DNA from: Gammaproteobacteria bacterium
GTDB taxonomy: Bacteria; Pseudomonadota; Gammaproteobacteria; Steroidobacterales; SZUA-146
NCBI GenBank assembly: GCA_045107075.1
Contig: JBGCFV010000001.1
Coordinates: 47,245 to 111,244 of the forward strand
DNA: 64,000 nt
Direction: 5' to 3'
Below are positions 59,693 to 64,000 of this stretch, in pieces. Below the pieces are notes generated by a model. It worked only from the letters and a program-made list of their open reading frames with translations, was not told where the DNA came from and made no database searches. Positions within the stretch are counted from its first letter, which is position 1. Each line of letters opens with the position of its first letter. Made by a program: the position numbers and the translations under genes.

Positions 59693-60190
59693 ATGTCTGA
59701 ACATGAACCGGTTTCTCCCTCTCGCGGCCAGCATCCTGTAGCGACCCTGTTTGCGCGCATGAAGCGATGGCCATTGGGTGCCTGGTTGTTCTCCCGGGCA
59801 GTCAGTTTTAAAGCGCCTTACTTTTCCTCTATCGCCGGGCGTTTCATAGAGCTTGTTCCTGGCCGGGCTGTAGTTCGTGTGCGCAAGCGCAGGTCGGTAA
59901 CCAACCATATCGGTACCGTTCACGCCATTGCCATGGCTAATGCCTGCGAGTTGGCGGCCGGGACGCTTACTGTGATTACGATACCGCGCAGCATGCGCTG
60001 GATACCCAAGGGTATGACCATTCGCTATGAGCGCAAAGCTACGACCAGCGTGACCGCAACCGCTACCATTGACCACGTTTTTGATGAACAGGTCGCCGTC
60101 GACCTTGTGGTGCCTGTCAGCGTCACTGACGAAGCCGGCCAAGTCGTTGTTACCGCCGATATCACCATGTATGTGACGCCGAAACCCTGA
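59693..60190 (+). CDS. DUF4442/PaaI-like hot-dog thioesterase
   Basis: KAPYF.SI…NHIGTVHAIAMAN.CELAAG…WIPKGM. Confidence 0.85.
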   Translation: MSEHEPVSPSRGQHPVATLFARMKRWPLGAWLFSRAVSFKAPYFSSIAGRFIELVPGRAVVRVRKRRSVTNHIGTVHAIAMANACELAAGTLTVITIPRSMRWIPKGMTIRYERKATTSVTATATIDHVFDEQVAVDLVVPVSVTDEAGQVVVTADITMYVTPKP

Positions 60191-60255
60191 GTGACAGGGC
60201 GGGCTGTTGCGCAGGACTTCTGTGGCGCGTATAAAAACAGATGTAACTCGGTGCG

Positions 60256-61083
60256 ATGGAGCACAGCATGGGATTTGGTGACGCGCTTAAAAATCTGATT
60301 TTGTCCAAGGAAATGGCTGACCAGCTCGCCGCTATTCCGCGTGCTCCCGGTGACTTTGACAGTGACCCCTGGGGCATGGATAAAGAGCGAGCCTGGTTGA
60401 GTTTTGCGGTCAGCAAACGACTCTACGACGACTATTTTCGGGTCAAAGCAAACGGCCTTGAAAACGTACCTCAAAAGGGTCGGCTGCTGGTTATCGCCAA
60501 TCACAGCGGGCAGCTTCCTATGGACGGAATGATGATTGGCATGGCGCTCTCGACTAACCCTCACGGTGCTCGGGCACCCCGAGCCATGATCGAGCGATTT
60601 TTTCCGACCGTTCCGTTTGTTGGCACAGCTCTTAACCACATGGGTGCCGTTATTGGTGATCCGGTAAACTGTCAGCGCATGCTCGAACACGAGGCGTGCA
60701 TTGTGGTATTCCCCGAGGGCGTTCGCGGTTCCGGTAAGCCGTACAAGGATCGTTACCAGCTTCAGCGCTTTGGTACCGGCTTCATGCATTTGGCTATGAA
60801 TCACAATACCGCTATTTTGCCGGTCGGTGTTGTCGGCTGCGAAGAGACGATGCCTAGTGCGGGCAACATTAAACCACTAGCGAAAATGTTGGGCATTCCT
60901 TACTTTCCAATGGCACTACCGGTGCCGTTACCGGCCAGAGTTACGTTGAACTTTGGCGAACCGATGACGTTCAATGGTCCTCCTGAAAGTGAAGAAGAGG
61001 TAGTTGAAAACGTTGAGTCAGTCAAACATCGAATCAGAGAGTTAATTGACCTTGGGCTTTCCGAACGGACCAGTGTTTACTAA
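60256..61083 (+). CDS. Lysophospholipid acyltransferase family protein
   Basis: ANHSGQLPMD, VFPEG, ILPVGVVG. Confidence 0.88.
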   Translation: MEHSMGFGDALKNLILSKEMADQLAAIPRAPGDFDSDPWGMDKERAWLSFAVSKRLYDDYFRVKANGLENVPQKGRLLVIANHSGQLPMDGMMIGMALSTNPHGARAPRAMIERFFPTVPFVGTALNHMGAVIGDPVNCQRMLEHEACIVVFPEGVRGSGKPYKDRYQLQRFGTGFMHLAMNHNTAILPVGVVGCEETMPSAGNIKPLAKMLGIPYFPMALPVPLPARVTLNFGEPMTFNGPPESEEEVVENVESVKHRIRELIDLGLSERTSVY

Positions 61084-62261
61084 TGGCCAAGCAACCCGAA
61101 TCGCAAATGACCGAGTCCGAAGTGTCTGAATCGAAAGACGTAGGCTCCAAAGGCAAAGTGAAAAAAACCGCTTCATCGACCCGGAAAAAACCGCTCGTAA
61201 AGAAGGTAGCGAAGAAGCGCACGGCGACTAAAAAGGCCGTCAAGAAAACGTCGCCTGCTTCGCCAAAGTCGTCCTCCAGGGCATCCAAATCCAGTAAGGA
61301 TAATAAAAAGAAGGCAACTGTTCTGGTCACCGGAGCGGCGGGATCATTAGCTCGGCAAGTGATTAAAGGGCTGCGCAAGAAATACAATATTGTCGCCGTT
61401 GACTTTCGCCGGCAGCCGAAGTTTGATGACAGCATTCCGTCTTACGCTGGCGATATGAACAAGCGTCAGTTTGAGGATATTTTTCGCAAACACGAAATTG
61501 ACGGAGTCATTCATTTGGGTCGCATGGAGTCCAATGAAACAACCCCGGAGAGACGTTACAACGCCAACGTGCTGGGAACACAGCGCCTTTTAAATTTGTG
61601 CGTAGATTATAAAATTCAAAGAGTGGTTGTGCTGTCGACTTTCTTCGTTTACGGCGCCAGCCCCTACAATCCGGCGCTGCTTAACGAAAGTGCACCGCTC
61701 AAGGCGGTCGGTCTTACCAAAGACCTTGTGGACTCGGTTGAGCTTGAGAATCTGGCTAACGTGTTTTTGTGGAAGCACCCGGATTTAAACATGACCATAT
61801 TGAGGCCCTGTCATATTGCTGGTCCTAAAGTTAAAAATTCCATGAGTCTGCTGTTGTCCCGACCTGTGTCGCCGGTGCTGGCTGGCTTTTCACCCATGAT
61901 GCAGTTTGTTCATTTGAACGATATGGCGCGAGCAATTGAATTGGCGTTCGCCAAAAACGTGCCTGGCATTTACAACATAGCGCCCAAAGAATGGATGGAC
62001 TACGGAGCTGTACTTGAAGCGGCCGGTTGTAGACCGTTTTATATTCCGTCCATACCGCCGGCCGTTCCAAAACTGATCAGCCGCCTGATGCGATGGAAAG
62101 CGTTTCCGGCTTTTCTTATCGACTACTTTAAATATTCGGTTGTGATCGACGGCTCCTTGTTTGAAGACACGTTTGATTATCAGCCGGAATATTCGCTGGA
62201 AGATATTCTGGGCCACTACCGCACTGTGAAGCAGCGCCAGAGCACCACCGCTCGCTATTAG
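61083..62261 (+). CDS. NAD-dependent epimerase/dehydratase family protein with Lys-rich N-terminal extension
   Basis: VLVTGAAGSLA, NVLGT, VYGA, QFVHLND. Confidence 0.85.
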   Translation: MAKQPESQMTESEVSESKDVGSKGKVKKTASSTRKKPLVKKVAKKRTATKKAVKKTSPASPKSSSRASKSSKDNKKKATVLVTGAAGSLARQVIKGLRKKYNIVAVDFRRQPKFDDSIPSYAGDMNKRQFEDIFRKHEIDGVIHLGRMESNETTPERRYNANVLGTQRLLNLCVDYKIQRVVVLSTFFVYGASPYNPALLNESAPLKAVGLTKDLVDSVELENLANVFLWKHPDLNMTILRPCHIAGPKVKNSMSLLLSRPVSPVLAGFSPMMQFVHLNDMARAIELAFAKNVPGIYNIAPKEWMDYGAVLEAAGCRPFYIPSIPPAVPKLISRLMRWKAFPAFLIDYFKYSVVIDGSLFEDTFDYQPEYSLEDILGHYRTVKQRQSTTARY

Positions 62262-62284
62262 TTTGACGGCCAGAGGAAATCGTT

Positions 62285-62731
62285 ATGTCAACTCATAAGG
62301 CGACGGTCAAATGGACTCTCGATAGCGATTCATTTGCCTACCAAGACTATTCACGCAACCACAAATGGGACTTTCACAGCGTTGAGTTGCTCGCTTCGGC
62401 CGCACCCGAATACCTTGGTGATGCACATTGCGTCGACCCGGAGCAGGCGTTCGTCGCCTCTGTTGCGTCGTGCCATATGCTAACGCTTTTGGCTATTGCC
62501 AGCCGCAAGCGTATTCGGGTGGAGTCCTATTCTGACGAAGCGGTGGGTTACATGAATAAAAACGGGCAGGGCCGCTTGGCTATTACGTTGATTGAGCTTC
62601 GTCCCAAGATTGTCTTTTCGGGCGAACGACGTGTTAGCGCCGAGCAGCTTCAACAAATGCACGAACTGGCCCACAAAGAATGCTTTATCGCCAACTCTGT
62701 GACGACCGAAATCGTCGTCGTATCTGACTGA
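62285..62731 (+). CDS. OsmC-family protein
   Basis: YSRNH.W, DPEQAFVAS.ASCHML, AHKECFIANSV. Confidence 0.9.
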   Translation: MSTHKATVKWTLDSDSFAYQDYSRNHKWDFHSVELLASAAPEYLGDAHCVDPEQAFVASVASCHMLTLLAIASRKRIRVESYSDEAVGYMNKNGQGRLAITLIELRPKIVFSGERRVSAEQLQQMHELAHKECFIANSVTTEIVVVSD

Positions 62732-62973
62732 AAACAAGAAGAAACTGACTAATAAGTAGTCATTCTGTCTGGTCGTGACACAGACGGGAACTCTCGGCGA
62801 TTGCGCCCCTCAAAAGAACTCGCAGAGTGCGAGTCTCAATCGACTTAAATCAGCCACGCCTCTTCGACTGCGCGGCTGTTGGCCTTAAAAAAACCGGCGC
62901 TTAGTCGTGTTTGGGGTTGGCCTGAGCCTGTACCTGCATTACACTGTGCATCTCATTCGAAAAGCGATTAATT

Positions 62974-63933
62974 ATGCAACAAATACAAGAGCTTAAGAGT
63001 TACATTTCGCGGTTTATTCTGGGTCAGGAAGAATTGGTAGAACGATTGCTGATCGCCTTGCTGTGCGACGGACACCTGTTGGTTGAAGGGGCGCCGGGGC
63101 TCGCCAAGACCCGTGCCATTAAAGTGATGGGGCAGGGCCTTGAAGGTGACTTTCAACGTATTCAGTTCACTCCCGATTTACTTCCATCCGATTTAACGGG
63201 CACCGAGATTTATCGACCGAACGAAGGCAAGTTTCAGTTTGAAACCGGACCGTTGTTCCACAATCTTATTTTGGCTGACGAAATTAACCGCGCGCCGGCC
63301 AAGGTTCAGTCGGCCTTGTTGGAAGCAATGGAAGAACGTCAAATTACAGTGGGCTCCGAGACCTACCCGTTGCCTCGTCTCTACCTTGTCATGGCTACCC
63401 AGAATCCAATTGAGCAAGAGGGAACCTATCCGCTGCCTGAAGCGCAGATGGACCGCTTCCTCATTCACGTCCGAATTGGCTATCCAAGCGGTGACTCTGA
63501 AAGAGAAATACTGCGGTTGAATCGCAAAGAAGCCAAAGCGCTGCACGATGGCGACAAGCCGGAAGCGATGATGGTAAATCAGGAAACCATTTTCGCTGCG
63601 CGACAAGAGGTTCTGGCTATCCACATGGCGGACGAGCTAGAGGACTACATTCTAAATATTGTGCTTGCTACTCGAGATGCCAGTGCGTACGGCGAAGACA
63701 TTAGCCGTGCGATTCAGTACGGCGCCAGCCCGCGAGCAACGATCGCTCTCGACCGATGTGCTCGCGCCAGAGCCTGGTTGGACGGTCGCGATTTCGTCTC
63801 GCCGGAAGATGTGCAAGCTATGGCGCCCGATGTTCTGCGTCATCGCATCATCTTGAATTTCGAAGCCGAAGCCGAAGGCATTACACCCGACGATATGATT
63901 CAGGCGATTTTGCAAAGAGTAGGTGTGCCTTAA
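62974..63933 (+). CDS. MoxR-family AAA+ ATPase (second copy)
   Basis: [45 protein letters not shown]. Confidence 0.95.
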   Translation: MQQIQELKSYISRFILGQEELVERLLIALLCDGHLLVEGAPGLAKTRAIKVMGQGLEGDFQRIQFTPDLLPSDLTGTEIYRPNEGKFQFETGPLFHNLILADEINRAPAKVQSALLEAMEERQITVGSETYPLPRLYLVMATQNPIEQEGTYPLPEAQMDRFLIHVRIGYPSGDSEREILRLNRKEAKALHDGDKPEAMMVNQETIFAARQEVLAIHMADELEDYILNIVLATRDASAYGEDISRAIQYGASPRATIALDRCARARAWLDGRDFVSPEDVQAMAPDVLRHRIILNFEAEAEGITPDDMIQAILQRVGVP

Positions 63934-63942
63934 CGTTCGCTC

Positions 63943-64000
63943 ATGGATACTTCGACCGAATTACACCCAGCCAATCCATACGCACGCGTGCGGGTGAACA
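63943..64000 (+). CDS. Start of the next gene (possibly DUF58), truncated by the window
   Basis: ATG 9 bp after the moxR stop and open to the window end; identity inferred only from usual MoxR operon order. Confidence 0.35.
   Translation, partial: MDTSTELHPANPYARVRVN

Overview
Chromosomal window of a gammaproteobacterium, probably marine or sediment-dwelling (inferred from gene order, PEP-CTERM proteins and a PdsO-like OmpA). It has three parts. (1) A core block, prfA-hemA | TPR-lolB-tRNA-Gln-prs-rplY-pth-ychF-mscS-tRNA-Met, which lacks the usual prmC and ispE genes and has palindromic repeat arrays on both sides of prfA. (2) An accessory stretch of about 19 kb after tRNA-Met, with no visible integrase. 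It holds secreted proteases, PEP-CTERM proteins, a GH-A glycosidase/lipoprotein pair, an ECF-sigma-like/metallophosphoesterase/unknown trio, an orphan DUF3396 T6SS immunity gene and a di-heme oxidoreductase. (3) Ordinary metabolic and signalling genes: two MoxR loci, a GlrR-like activator, two diguanylate cyclases, aceK, a NarL-type two-component system, cytochromes c and an MCE transporter. The most striking signal is a roughly 90-aa module (thrombospondin-type-3 repeat + dockerin-like duplicated Ca-loop + 'FF..PGP' tail) shared by four unrelated secreted proteins. It is a candidate undescribed surface-anchoring or enzyme-assembly tag. All family calls come from motif recognition by eye; no database searches were run.
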